64,000 nt of DNA, taken from NCBI GenBank assembly GCA_001179505.1, contig CDMY01000400.1, positions 1 through 64,000 on the forward strand, in the 5' to 3' direction. The notes beneath the pieces were generated by a model. The model was not told the DNA's origin, searched no databases, and worked only from the letters and a program-made list of their open reading frames with translations. The DNA is from Vitrella brassicaformis CCMP3155 (taxonomy: Eukaryota; Protista; Chromerida). The position numbers and the translations under genes are program-made. Every line of letters begins with the position of its first letter. Positions within the stretch are counted from its first letter, which is position 1. Shown here one piece after another: positions 1 to 12,017 of the stretch.

Positions 1-483
1 ACTGGGGTGTGCTGATGGGGCGGGGATTGATCCCTCCTCCCCTTGAGCCTGTTTGACTCTGCGTGCTGATGGGACTGTATTTGTATGAGTATTACGAACA
101 CACAGACGAGTGTTACGGTTAATGACAGTTTCCCCCCCATTTTCATATTTATCTTTATTATCGTTTCCAATAAATTCATTAATAGTTCGCATATTGTCAT
201 TGCCCAGTTTATCGTACAGTGTCATCCTATATATATATGTATTCCATTCATTTAAAAGAACCAAAATAAATAATGAGTATTGAAGAAAGTCAATGTTCTA
301 TCTAATTAACTACTCGTCTCCATTCATCCCCTGCTCATCCTGTCCATCCAAAACCCTTAACCCCTGACAAGGAATGCACTTCGAACCCTTATAGCGAGCT
401 TTTGAGCGAGCTATCAGGGTTCCAAGTGCATTCCTTGTATACACAACAATGGCTTGTGTGTGTCTGTGTGTATGTTGCGCAGC

Positions 484-937
484 ATGCCTGTGTTGAAGGG
501 CGCCACTGGGGCTGCTGATGAGCGTCGCGTGCAATTGTGCCTCGTGTCATGTGTCTGGATAGCTGCCATGGATACGATGACTGACCGGCAGCCGGAGGCC
601 CCGTCGACAGTGCCATCGGCAACCCTTGAGATGATGCAGAATGCGATGGTCGACATGCGCCGCTCGATGGACAGCGAGAGGGCCACACTCAACAAACGAA
701 TCAGCGAATTGGAGCGCCGATGTGAGCAGGTAGACAAATGCGCGCCAGCCCGCCAGGCAGCAGCCACGGATACGCGGTCAGACATGCACGGGTGTGTGTG
801 TTTATCTGTGTGAGTAGGCGGAGGCGAAGTCTGCTGCGGATCAGGCCGCCCATAGCCGCGTGCTTCACACCGTTATGTACGAGGGCGGCCTGTATCACGG
901 CACACTCCGCCGGGTTGCTGCGGTCACTGGATGGTGA
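484..937 (+). CDS. Possible small spliced coiled-coil protein of unknown function
   Basis: ATG at 484 and GT-AG introns join MPVLKG...|AMDTMTDRQPEAP...ERATLNKRISELERRCEQ|AEAKSAADQ...TGW*. Heptad-like segment; no recognisable domain. Confidence 0.3.
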
Positions 938-1416
938 AAAGAAGCGACACGATCCAGTGGCCGCATCAGACTCGGCAAGATGGTACGCGATGAGGTCGAG
1001 CACTGGTTATCACACGCCCCATCGCTGAGGCCTCCATACATGTACATACAGACATATGTCATGCCCTAATATATATGCGGATGTATGACATATGACATAT
1101 GGAGCACTGACCGGAGGCCGATGGAGGGCCGAGTGCGAATCGAGTAGGCAGATCGAATGAGACGTCCAATTGATCGAACTCGCACGCATTCGTTCATTCA
1201 ATCATCTCATGCCGTTCATGCGATGTCCCTTCACTTAGACGGACGCGACGAGCACCACACAGTCCACACGCGACCAACCAGCCCTTACACCGAAAGTCAC
1301 TTCGACTACACTCATTGATCACATCCACGTATGTCAGTCACACGCAAGCGACACCTTGATCTGAATAGAGAGATAGGCCGGAAAAGTCGTACCTTTCCCG
1401 CACACAATCGATCGAA

Positions 1417-2274
1417 TCACACATAGTGGCCTCTCATGCACCCAAACACGGTCATTCCACCGAAGACCCACATGTAAGGAAACACTGAAGTGCCGAACAC
1501 GATCCAGAACTTCTTCTGCCCGACACTGTAGTACTGGCCGATGCTCAACACCGCCATGCAGATGAGCGGCGCCGCCCCACATATCATCGCCTCAGTGGAC
1601 ACCGTCTGGCCGGCCGTCGCGATGTACTCCCTCCCTCCCAGTGCCGACCTCAACATCAGCGCAACCGCGATAAGCCACGCCGCCAGCAGGCGCCCCAAAG
1701 CAGGATAAGGGCGAGAAAGGACAATGTCCGGGTAGCGATACAAGTAGAGGATGCTGCTCATCTCAGTTATGATGATGGCGTGGCCTAGCATATAGCCGTT
1801 GACAGAGACGGGGGAAGAGGGAAAGCCCCGCCAGCCCAGCAGGCTGACCGCGGCAGACATCCGCTTGTGGAAGGACCACCAACAGGCCACGAAGAGACCA
1901 GCGGCGCTGACAGACAGCAGCACCCATGTGACGATAGAGGGTGGAATCACAACAAGCAGCACGGGCAGCAGAAACCACAGCTGATGCGACGAGATCAGAG
2001 CCCAGAAGTCGGGGCTGGTGAACTGCGCAGACACAGACAGCACAGCACGTGCTTGTTTGTCAGGACTCAGTTGTTGCCACACTACCCCTTTGAGCTTCGG
2101 TCGGCGCACTCCGTAGTCATCCCCCGTTGCAGCGATGAGCACGTACGGCCCAACACCTGCGTTCCCAGGCGGCCCCGTTTGGTCAGCCGGCTGAGCCATC
2201 TGGACAGCGGCTCCGGGATCTGGCTGCTTGACGTCAACGATCCAATCCCGCGGTTGTTCCGAGCGAGGAGCCAT
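1417..2274 (-). CDS. Intronless multi-pass membrane protein of unknown function (paralog of 52015-52851)
   Basis: ~285-aa ORF with several hydrophobic segments. The stretch FTSPDFWALISSHQLWFLLPVLL...IPPS...RMSAA aligns with FCRIDFYVSLLLHHVWFLVPFLF...IPRS...RLSAA in the 52 kb gene. Confidence 0.75.
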   Translation of the reverse strand: MAPRSEQPRDWIVDVKQPDPGAAVQMAQPADQTGPPGNAGVGPYVLIAATGDDYGVRRPKLKGVVWQQLSPDKQARAVLSVSAQFTSPDFWALISSHQLWFLLPVLLVVIPPSIVTWVLLSVSAAGLFVACWWSFHKRMSAAVSLLGWRGFPSSPVSVNGYMLGHAIIITEMSSILYLYRYPDIVLSRPYPALGRLLAAWLIAVALMLRSALGGREYIATAGQTVSTEAMICGAAPLICMAVLSIGQYYSVGQKKFWIVFGTSVFPYMWVFGGMTVFGCMRGHYV

Positions 2275-2378
2275 CAATCATAGACGCGCTGCGTTCGCTG
2301 ATGGCGGCAACCGGTTGCTCTGTTGAAGATCTGATGCGCCAGGCTCTCCCTTCTTGGGGAGCTGCGAGCTGGAAAGCG

Positions 2379-2387
2379 CGTTACACG
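2379..2387 (+). promoter_or_regulatory. Candidate promoter motif CGTTACACG (also at 6014-6022 and 31094-31102, minus strand)
   Basis: The same 9-mer lies in sense orientation about 85-275 nt upstream of three secreted Cys-rich genes. Confidence 0.35.
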
Positions 2388-2661
2388 GAGGGGTCAGTGT
2401 GAATGGCACAGGAAAGGAGGGAGAAGAACACAATCCCTTCCGGTTTCACGCATTTCCTAAACATTCGCCTTTACTGTTTTACGGACACGCCTGCCCGAAG
2501 GGCAGGCAAGCAGCCCACTCCCTTCAAAAGCACTCTTCATCCGCACATCTTCCCTTCCTGCCTTCTCATCCTCTACTTCGACTTGACGGCTTCGTCTGTC
2601 ATCTCCTGCCTGTTTCGCTGCACCCAAGAGCGTCAGCCACTGTCGATTGGCCGTCATCATC

Positions 2662-3205
2662 ATGGCTGTCTTCTCGCGTCTGACGCTGCTGGTGCTCGCC
2701 TCTGTGCTGGTGGGGAGCATGGCCAAGGAGTGCGTGACGGACTCCGACTGCCCGTCTGGCGAGGTCTGCTGGGTGGCTGATGATGATACCAGGTCGTGCA
2801 AGACGGAGGGGATAGATCTCCCAGGTAGGAGTTGGCAACTCACCGCCGGCTGACCGGACAGACAATTACTGGCCGTCAGTCAGTCATCCCCATTCCTCCC
2901 TTATTTTCTGTGTGGTGTATCAGGGTGGTTAATTGCCATCATAGTGCTGGTAATTGTTCTTCCGATTTGTGGCGTTGTTGCGTTGATTATTGCGTGTTGC
3001 ACATGTTGCGCGGCGCGGAAGCCCGCGCCAAGAGTGGTGATGATACAGTCAAGGCCAATGTGAGACACCAAAACGAATAAACAGGGCGCACTGCAGCACG
3101 CATCCATCAACGTGTGTCGCCATCGACTGTGTCGTTCGCTGGTGTGTGTCTGTTGTTTTCAGGTACGTGCCCTCTCAGCCAGCTCCAATTCCCGCCTGTG
3201 TGTAG
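2662..3205 (+). CDS. Small single-pass membrane protein: signal peptide, 4-Cys ectodomain, TM, CCTCC, Pro-rich tail (Shisa-like architecture)
   Basis: Exons 2662-2824, 2924-3059 and 3163-3205 with GT-AG introns and consistent phases. Translation: MAVFSRLTLLVLASVLVGSMAKECVTDSDCPSGEVCWVADDDTRSC...GWLIAIIVLVIVLPICGVVALIIACCTCCAARKPAPRVVMIQSRPMYVPSQPAPIPACV*. Confidence 0.75.
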
Positions 3206-4870
3206 GCCCGGCTACCACTGCAAGCGCGGCAAATGTAAGTGAGGCAGCTTACGCAGGCAGACAGACAGGCACACATACGTGCCCATCTTCAATTCACGCG
3301 CCTCCATCGATGTCATGTATGCCACCCTCAAACTTCTCCAGACTGCACCCGACTGCCTGCCTGCCTGCCTGCTTGCCTGTCCAGCTGTAATTTGTGCTGT
3401 CCGTCACTGGTTTTTCATCACGTGTGTCGATAGATAGGTATTGATGAGTGTACGTGTGTCTGTTGAGACTGCCTGCTGTGTGTGTGCGTGTATGTGTGAT
3501 GCGTCTGCATTGGATAAATAGTCGACTGGCGTGTTGCTTGCCCTTTGCCTGTCAGTGCACTGTGTACGTTGTGTTGTGTGTGACTCTTCCAGCGGAGAGG
3601 GACGTAAACAGTGAGTCTCTCTTCAGTGAATCGTCGACATTGACGCGAACACATTAATGAATGTGGCGGTGTACGAGTGTGGGGGTGTCGGTTGGTCGCC
3701 CTGGCCGTTGAATAGAATGACGTCGATGAACGGTAGTGTGACGGCCAACCGACAAGCGAGAACGTCTATCTGTCTGTCTCTCTGCCTCTCCACATCGAAG
3801 TGTTACTGGTCTGGCGCCAGACTGCTGGTGCCCCTATGTGTGGATTGGTGTGTTTGTTTAACACCCTGCGCGTGCGTATGTCGTCGGCGAACAGGGCCTG
3901 CCTACTTCGTAAGTACTTTTTCTGTCTGACCTGTCTGCCTGCCTTGGCTTGATCTAGTGAATGACACTGTGTATTCATTTCGGGAGATACACGAATAGTC
4001 GGTCGGTTGGTTGTTGTCAAAAGGGTCTTGGGTCTTAGTACAATACTATCAATTTGTGTCCGGAAGAGAAATTCACTATGTATACATCGTTGACACTGAC
4101 ATGTAGTGTGTACTCGCCCTCCCCGTCTGAGTGAATGGAATGACAGACATCAAATGAACGAAATTCGGTCGATAATCAATTGGATGTCTCATTCCGCCCA
4201 CTTCCGTCACCCATGTCGTACCGCGTCACGTCACAGTACCCACACAGTGCCGGGCAGTCAATGAATGAGAGTGAGTAATTTCTGTGTGTGTGAGTACGTA
4301 CGTACGTACGCGCGCTTGTTTGCACGTGACTTTGCACTTGACACAAATTAATGGCGTCGTATCGTTGTCCGGTCCTTGCTTGATATCGACAAATGAAAAT
4401 GTGCACATGAGTGCCGCAGCGGCAGTCGCCTGACTAGCTAGTCAGTCACCTCTCTTTAAGTAGCGAATCAGTCGGTCAGGCCACACCACCCACACACAGC
4501 CACACAAACACTCAGCCCATTCGCAGACACTATTCACATAGAGGAGCGAACACACCACACACCAGGCAGGCTCCCACCCACCACGGCTAGATGCCACACG
4601 CGCCATGAAACTATTCACCAATCACGAGACTAACCCAACATGCAAGAAACGGTCACACACACGAAATGAGGGCATCAGTGAAGACAGACAGACAGACAGA
4701 CTCACAGTGACAGAGAGAGACGCTACTAGCGTCTTTGTGTGGATGGTTCTCTCTTTGTACACAGACAGCCACAGGAACACACGAACACTCACATGAACTT
4801 TCCAACAGCACAACAGTCAGTCACTCACACACCGATGGGGGACAGAGCAGTGCCCCAGGGGTCAATGTGT

Positions 4871-5809
4871 CTACTCACGATGTAGGCCGCAGTGGCCACC
4901 GCTGCAGCCACGGGAGACGCAGCAGACGGGCTTGGAGTTGATCCACTGCAGGTCTCCCCTGTTGCAGTGGTACATGACGGGAGCGTGGTCGCACCTGATG
5001 CACGTCTCCTCCGCTGGCCCGACACCCAACACCGGCGGCAGCTCGGCGCCGCGCTTGAACTCAAAGCCATCCGGACACGAGTGACTGATCGACACACACA
5101 CACACACACGTGGGGACGGTGGATGGACAGGTGAGCCGTGCTGCGTTGCTTACAGTCTCTCTGCGTAGTGCTTGAGGACGCACTTGGCGTCACATATTTT
5201 GAAGCCGAGAGGGCATGTGAAGTCCACCGGGTGGCTGTGGAACATCTTGCACTGCTGGGTGTCCTCGTCCATTGTGCCGTCAGGGCAATAGGGCTTGACC
5301 GGGCAATACACGATCCTCCCAGAGTACTCGCACTTGCTGAAGCACCTGCTGCCGTCCTCCGTCAGCCGATAGCCCGGGGGGCAGGAATTCGCGGGAGGGA
5401 CCGTCACCGTCACCAGGCATGTCTCGCTAAGAAGAGTCGCGTCCTGGTACTCGGCTCTGCAGTATTTAATGAGGTCAGCGTACTGGTTCTTGGCGCACAT
5501 ATCGCCCTCCACCGCGTAACCCTGACACACGCACACAGACAGACAGGCAGAGAGACCGATGAGCCACAACGTCAACTCTTCTCTCTCTCTGTGTGTGTGT
5601 GTGTATACCTGATCAGCGCAGTAGTAGTGTGGCACGTGGCGAAACGGCTTGAGGCACTTGTTCGCCGCCTGGTCATACATAAAGCCGGGGGGGCAGTGAG
5701 GGTGAGCCTCCTCGCGAATCCGACACTGGTTCGCAGCTGCGAGGGGCACACAAGCCGCCAGAAGAGCCAGACAACACGCGACCGCACCACACTTCATCAT
5801 CATCACCAT
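4871..5809 (-). CDS. Secreted Cys-rich CPxG(Y/F)-repeat protein, oocyst-wall-protein (COWP/OWP)-like, copy 1
   Basis: Three exons. Signal peptide (MVMMMKCGAVACCLALLAACVPLAAA), then repeated CPPGF, CPPGY, CPDG, CPLGF and CPDGF modules; ends HRE*. Same exon structure as the copies at 24-26 kb. Confidence 0.8.
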
Positions 5810-6198
5810 CTGGTCGTTAGAGGACAGAAACAAGGGGACAGAAAGATCTGAGCTGCGTGTACGAAGGGAAAGATCTACGTAAGGCAAAGATCTGCGGTTT
5901 GTAGGAAGAATGCCGATGCTGACAGAGGAATGCTGCCCTCTCTCCCTCCTCTCTCCCTCTCTTTCATCCCTCCCTCCCCCCCCTCCCTCCCATCTCCCTC
6001 GCCCTAAAGCTCGCGTGTAACGCTCTGTGGCAAACCCTAGACCCTAGACCCTTTTGATTGTTGGTGCATCGGAATGTATACACACAGTGTCATTCACTAG
6101 ATCAAGCCAAGGCAGGCAGACAGGTTAGACAGAAAAAATACGCATGAAGTAGGCAGGTTGAGTGGAGAAAACAGCCCACTCAAACCTCCCCCAAACAA

Positions 6199-9100
6199 AT
6201 GGCGGCTTTCAAGGCCTCTCTTGCCCTCATCTTGACTGCATTCAACACTGCTCAAGGCCAGAATCACCACGACAAGCATGCCTTCCACTCGCCAGAGCTC
6301 TACGACTACATCGTGGTCGGAGGAGGGGCTGCCGGAATGCCTAGACACGCAGCGGATGAGCACACTGTATGTCTGCGTGTGTGTATGTATGGTATGCATG
6401 CAGCTTTCACACTCGCTGAGGACGGCGATACTGATGTGCTCGTGCTCGAACGGGGCGGAAGAAGAGAAGAAAATTGGGAGGCAACAATAATCGGGGGCTG
6501 GGGTAAGGAGGCTTCTGTTGGATGTCCTGTAGCTCACCTTGGTGATCGACAGGGATTGGCCTTCTGTACCACGATATCACTGAAGAAGTGTAGGTCGAAA
6601 GGGAGGATCAAGGCAGGAGGAGGGTCAATCTTCGCTTGTTTTCTTCAGCATCACAATGGAAGGCGTCGTGTCTCACCTTGGCAGAGTCATGAGCGGCGGC
6701 ACTGCTCTGGTGACCAGAAAAGAACAAAACCATGGCTGCACCATCTCCAAATATGTGGTCATCAGTCAGCAGGCATCTATATCGAAGAGGAACCAAAATA
6801 TTTTGACGCCCTAAGAAGCGAAGGGGCGGACTTTGATCAAAGACTGGTTGATGACGTAAGCGAGACACACTGAAGTGAGACGTCTGCATTCCTTTCGACA
6901 GAAGTGCATTGCACTTGTGCTGCGTATGCTCCTTTAGGCGTATGAATGGGTGAGAGAACAAGTGGCGACGCCAATGGACTTCGCTGAGCCGTTCGTAATC
7001 AACTAAGGCAGCCATATCAATTCCACATGTACACTTGTGTCTCAGGTATGGCAGCGCATGGGCAAAATCCAACGAAGAGGTGGGCTATTCCCCTCTGGTT
7101 GGCACGAGGTGAATAGCCCACCTCTCATTGTTCCTGAATGATGACGGCGTCATGGCGCCAACAAGAGAGCGGCTGGCATCTGATGTCTTGGCTCAGGGGA
7201 TGCTTTCCAAACGCAAGGACGTCCCGCGTGGCTTGGAGATCAAGACGCGCGCCACAGTCATCCGAGTGGAGTTCGACACCAATCGCAAGGGCAAGCCGCG
7301 CGCCACGTGCGTGCAATTCGTCAAGTCTCCCAAAGAAGCGAAGAGCATCGACTCGAGAGTCAGCAACCTCTTGCTCGTGCTCGAGGACAAGAACGACGAA
7401 ACAGAGGAGAAAGCAGAACACGGGCAAGAGGTGATGCGAGCGTGCATCCGTCCTGGCGGTGAGAATTTTTTGAGTGCCGGTGCCGTTAATACGCCGGTCG
7501 TGCTGATGAAGTCGGGCGTTGGGCCGAGGGATGCCGTTGAGAACGCGACGAAAGCCATCCCTCGGGCGCTGAGGGGGGAGAACGACGGGATGGTGCTTGA
7601 GATACCTGGGCTGGGTAAGAACCTTCATGACAGAAACTGGGTAGCAACACACAACGAGGGAACAATCGGTCTCTGTCCTTGTTATACGATTTAGACGCCT
7701 CTGGCGACCTTCTTTGACGCACCGCTACCAGAATCCGATGGCCTCAAAGTCACAATGGCGCAGGTTGCAGGCGCGAAGCGTGTGGGCGAAGGCTGCTCGG
7801 GCAGCTCTGGGAAAAGGCTCGATTACAAGTGAGTATATCAAGGCTGCTGAAAGCGGGAACATATCAATGCGCAATGCCTGTGAATGAATGCAGCATCTTC
7901 GATTCGAGCCCTGATTGCGGATGGGTGACCAGTCAGGAGTTTACCGGCGGGAGAAGTGTGGAAGGGTTGCTCAGCTCAACGCGACTCATCCTGCCCCCAA
8001 AAATGAGATCGTCGCCGTACGAAAATGACGACAATCACGATAGATTCTAGAATAGACACCCGCACTGTCTTTGTATGTTTCTGCTCCTTGGTGTAGTGAA
8101 GCCGACTTTCTCATGCGACTCCTACACGAGTGCTCGAGTAGACCTTATGAAGCCCTGTATGTCTGCCGCTGATTCCCTCCATCACCTGCGTCAAGTACAC
8201 ATATGCTCACGCCAATGCCTTTTTTCAATCGTGTCTCCATTAGGAAGCTGATCGCAATGATTGCTTTCCCTTCTCTGCCCAAGGGCCGAGGCTATGTCAC
8301 AATCAACGAAAAGGGTCAGGACAATTCGCCTGTGTTGCGTCTCGAAAGCTTACTTGCCTATCTGCAGGTGAGCCGATAGTGTCGGGCGGTTATTACAATG
8401 ACCCCGGCGGAGAGGACCTGCATGTTGCTGTGGAGGGTTTAAAGAAGATGATCCGGGTGAATACTAAAGAGAGAAACATACAGAAAGCGATGTCATGCTG
8501 ATCAGGCACACTCATCCACCTCTTGTTTAGTCAATTTGTCGATAGATGGTTGGAACCGGCAACTTCGACGGCATTCTAGAGAAAAACGGACCGCTAGCTT
8601 GTCCATTCCTAATATTTAATTCCTTCCTCAGCCTGCTCCTCATTGGCGCGCGAAACGTTCCTGGGGCCAATTCGGATGAACTCCTGGTATGCATTGCGTA
8701 TCAGACGAGCGGATGCAAGCAAGGAGTCTCATATACGACATCTGTCCGTTTTCACTTAAAAGGACTTGGCAGCCGTAATAAGATCAGTTCAGCCTGATTA
8801 CCCCGCCCATGCGCCGTCCATGTGGGAGTTTCTGGGCGACGCCTCAGCGGACAAGCGGCGTGCCTTGGAAGAGGCGCCTCTGCAGGATCTGGTAAAGCAG
8901 CAGCTGGATTTGGTGCGGCAGCTACGATCGGACGGACTCGATGAGTGGCGAGGTGTGCAGTTGGAGCTGGGCAGGTTCCTCACTGGGGGCTTGAAATCCA
9001 TCGCGGACCTGCTCTCGGCACCGGTGGGGAGGCAGCTGATATAAGATAATAGCGAATTGTTCATTGACCCGTGATGAACGATGATGTATGCAGGGTGATG

Positions 9101-9697
9101 ACTAAGTAGAGGGCGACGTTGGCTGTGGGGTCTGGCAACCGTGCACTGAGGAATATCTGGAGGAGGTACAGTTGCGGAGGGCTTTTCGATACGCCATGTT
9201 CCCACCGCTTCCGATCGGTACGCGATCAAGCGAGACACAACATAACGCAGATCTCTCTTGTTCGTTCTGCACGTGTGTGTTTCAACTTGTGTATGCGTGC
9301 TAGACATGAGTCGCAGTCTCGAGACATATGTCAAGGCACATAGCAGCAGTATCTGGCATTTCACGGGGTGAGTAAGACATCTACCTGCCTGTCTGCATGT
9401 GTGTATGCCCCTTCTCTCTCTGTTATCCACCGTGCCTGTCAGTTCGGCACCTATGGGCACTGTTGTTGACAACGATTTCCGAGTCCGTGGCATTGACAAC
9501 CTCGCAATATGCGACGCATCCGTCCTGCCGCAGGTCTCCACTCTTGAGACGGATAGGATGATGGTTGGATGAGAACTTACCGTTATATTTTGCAGGTCAC
9601 CCGCGGTAATCCCCAGGCATCAATCATGATGCTGGGGCGATATACTGGGATGCTGCGGAAGCAAGAGCGTAAAAGGAAACAACACTTTGGCCTTTGA
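6199..9697 (+). CDS. Secreted GMC-family FAD oxidoreductase (possibly pseudogenised)
   Basis: Signal peptide; YDYIVVGGGAAG Rossmann motif; VLVLERG; LGRVMSGG; SAGAVNTPVVLMKSGVG (GMC signature); GKNLHD; SIWHF (catalytic His); VVDNDFRVRGIDNLAICDASVLP; RGNPQASIMMLG. Has an in-frame TGA at 7110-7112 and a non-canonical 57-nt insert at 6335-6391. Confidence 0.85.
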
Positions 9698-11825
9698 GAG
9701 AGGGAGATACATGATGGCGGTTTTTGTTCTAGTACTGCAGTCATGACCTGCTATATTATGCTAGAGAGCTGTTCATTCATCGTTTTGAGCTGATTAAGCT
9801 AGGAGCTTGGATTTTGTGTGTGTGCATTGCTTTGAGGGAATCGCCTTCGTCTTATTGTGAATTGAACAGAAGGGTCTTGCCATTCGTAATCAAGGCCAGT
9901 CAGAGACATGATGGCTTTGGTGGATTGACAATGAAGTGGCTTCTGTCTCGCGGCATTTTGCATGTATCACACAAACTGATTCTTTTCAATTTGAATTCCC
10001 GTGCCGGCGGCGGAACAGATGTGCTGAGTGGCTCTTCTCGAAATAACGCGCTCTTCCTGATCCTGCATGCAGCCAGCCAGCGGTGCAGATGATTCATAAG
10101 CTGACTATCCTTGACTGAGAGCATGGTAGATGGCTGAGGGGGGATCGGTCGGACCAATCCAGAATGCCGCCCGCCCAGCTGCCTCACATGCCTCAGGTCA
10201 ACATCATGGCAGACGCCGATTTCACACTCGATGTTGATCTGTCGCGCATGCTTTGGTGCCAGGGATGGGACAGGACAGACGACAAACCGTACAAGGCATA
10301 TTTGTGCATGTGTGTACATGTCTGATTGTGTTCATCTGTTTGTCCACGGAAACACTCGTGTCTCTGATTGTGTTTGCATCTTGATACGTCAAGTCGAGAG
10401 GAAGTCAAGTGACATACAGATATGAACCGAAATCAAGACGACCGAGACGAGACGTTTGTTACATGCCATTCAGCAAGACTCGCATGTTGGCCAAGAGCCA
10501 CATTCGGATCCTTCGTCCATCACACACACAGATATACATACACGCGACAGAACAGCAAGGGCAGGCAGTCGGACAGGTCACAGCAGGCAAGGGCAGCACC
10601 GCTTCGAGTCCCTCCCTCCCTGCCGTGTCTCTGACTGTCCCGCTCTGTCCTTCCCTGCCAACCATAATTAGGATGAGATACATGTACGCACTTACGCACA
10701 CGAGCACATTACACGTACCACCACTATTGATTGATTCACGCAGGTCAGCCACCGCACAAACAGGTCATGGCTCGAAGGACGGGTAACCCCCCACTCACTC
10801 ATGCGAATGAACAGTGGACAGGCAGGAGCGACGGTACTCAAAAGAACACACACACACACACAAACACAAACACACACAAACATGGATCTACTTCAACAAA
10901 CGACAAACAGACCAACCATATCAACATGGCCACCCGAGCAAGCAGTGAAGGCTATCCGAAGTAACAAGCACATTGCAGCAGATGAGATCAGTGAGCCACG
11001 AGACGCACGTATGGTCGATCAATCAATCAGTCAGCGACTTCCGTCACGGCTCGGAAGTGGCGGTGTCTGGCATTGTGCTGTTGAATCCTCGACCACCGGC
11101 CAAAACTGCAGACACGCCACATACAACCGCATGGAGCCATCGCACTTTTGCGTCCCTTTGTGTTGTGTCCCATACCTCCATGCCGGGCCCATGTGCCCCC
11201 AATCGAGGGCGTCTTCTTTGCACAATGTTGACGACGCAGTCGGTGTGCCCCATAGTGTCCCTCATGGCGAAATTTCATGGCGAATCTCGCCATAATTCGC
11301 AAACTGCCACCATTCGTAACACCTCCCCCTCAACTGCCACACACACCCAACGGCGCACACATGCATGAGTCAATCCCAACCTCCTTCCCTCCCTCTGCAC
11401 ACTTACATTTGAACGGCTTCCTCGGGTGGATAGAGGCCCTTGCGTCACCATCACGCTGCTAGCAGGTTGAACTTGTAGGCAGATCCTCGGGACCGCCAGA
11501 ATCGTCCTCAAGTCGCCAGATTCGTGACGACTGAAACACGTACACGGACACCAACAGGCAAGTCAAGAAGTGGCAGGTGTGTGGCTGCGGGACGGCAAGG
11601 CTGCCATGCAAGGCTCACCCCAGTGCGGTCTCCTGTAAGATCACCGCTGCTACATTCTGAGTATACCACCGTAATCCAGTGTGTGTTGTCACATACTCTG
11701 AAGTCAGCGCCAGTCTCTTGGAAGTCACCGAGGTGCCAGGACGACAAGTCCTGCGTGGTGGCGGGAAAAGAGGAGGGTCAAGAGAACAAGCGAAAACTTA
11801 ACGAACGGGAGGGACGCAGCAACCT

Positions 11826-11841
11826 AAACCCTACAGGGTTT
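11826..11841. promoter_or_regulatory. Palindromic telo-box-like element AAACCCTacAGGGTTT upstream of SLC26
   Basis: Exact AAACCCT/AGGGTTT inverted pair about 180 nt before the ATG; related AAACCCT motifs at 351, 6032 and 63779. Confidence 0.35.
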
Positions 11842-12017
11842 GAAACCTCTAGGATCGCATCATAGCTCGCTTTTGCGAGGTTTGCGGCCGCTTCCTTTCC
11901 ACCCTCTGCTCTCCCCAGCGGTCAGAGATCCACAGCTAGGTGGACAACAACCTTCATCAGAATCCCCCAGTGGACGAGCACAGCGTGTGGCGACCTCCCC
12001 CATCTCTCTCAAGCGTG

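Noticed and set aside
120-310. AT-rich tract as a transposon end or origin
   Set aside because: Only a compositional anomaly; no terminal repeats or coding evidence.
6032-6052. Interstitial telomere array
   Set aside because: Only 1-3 degenerate units at each site; treated as promoter-like telo-boxes rather than a telomere relic.
9900-11750. Possible minus-strand multi-exon gene divergent from SLC26
   Set aside because: Some splice-like sites and a 139-aa ORF exist, but I could not build a phase-consistent model or recognise a domain.
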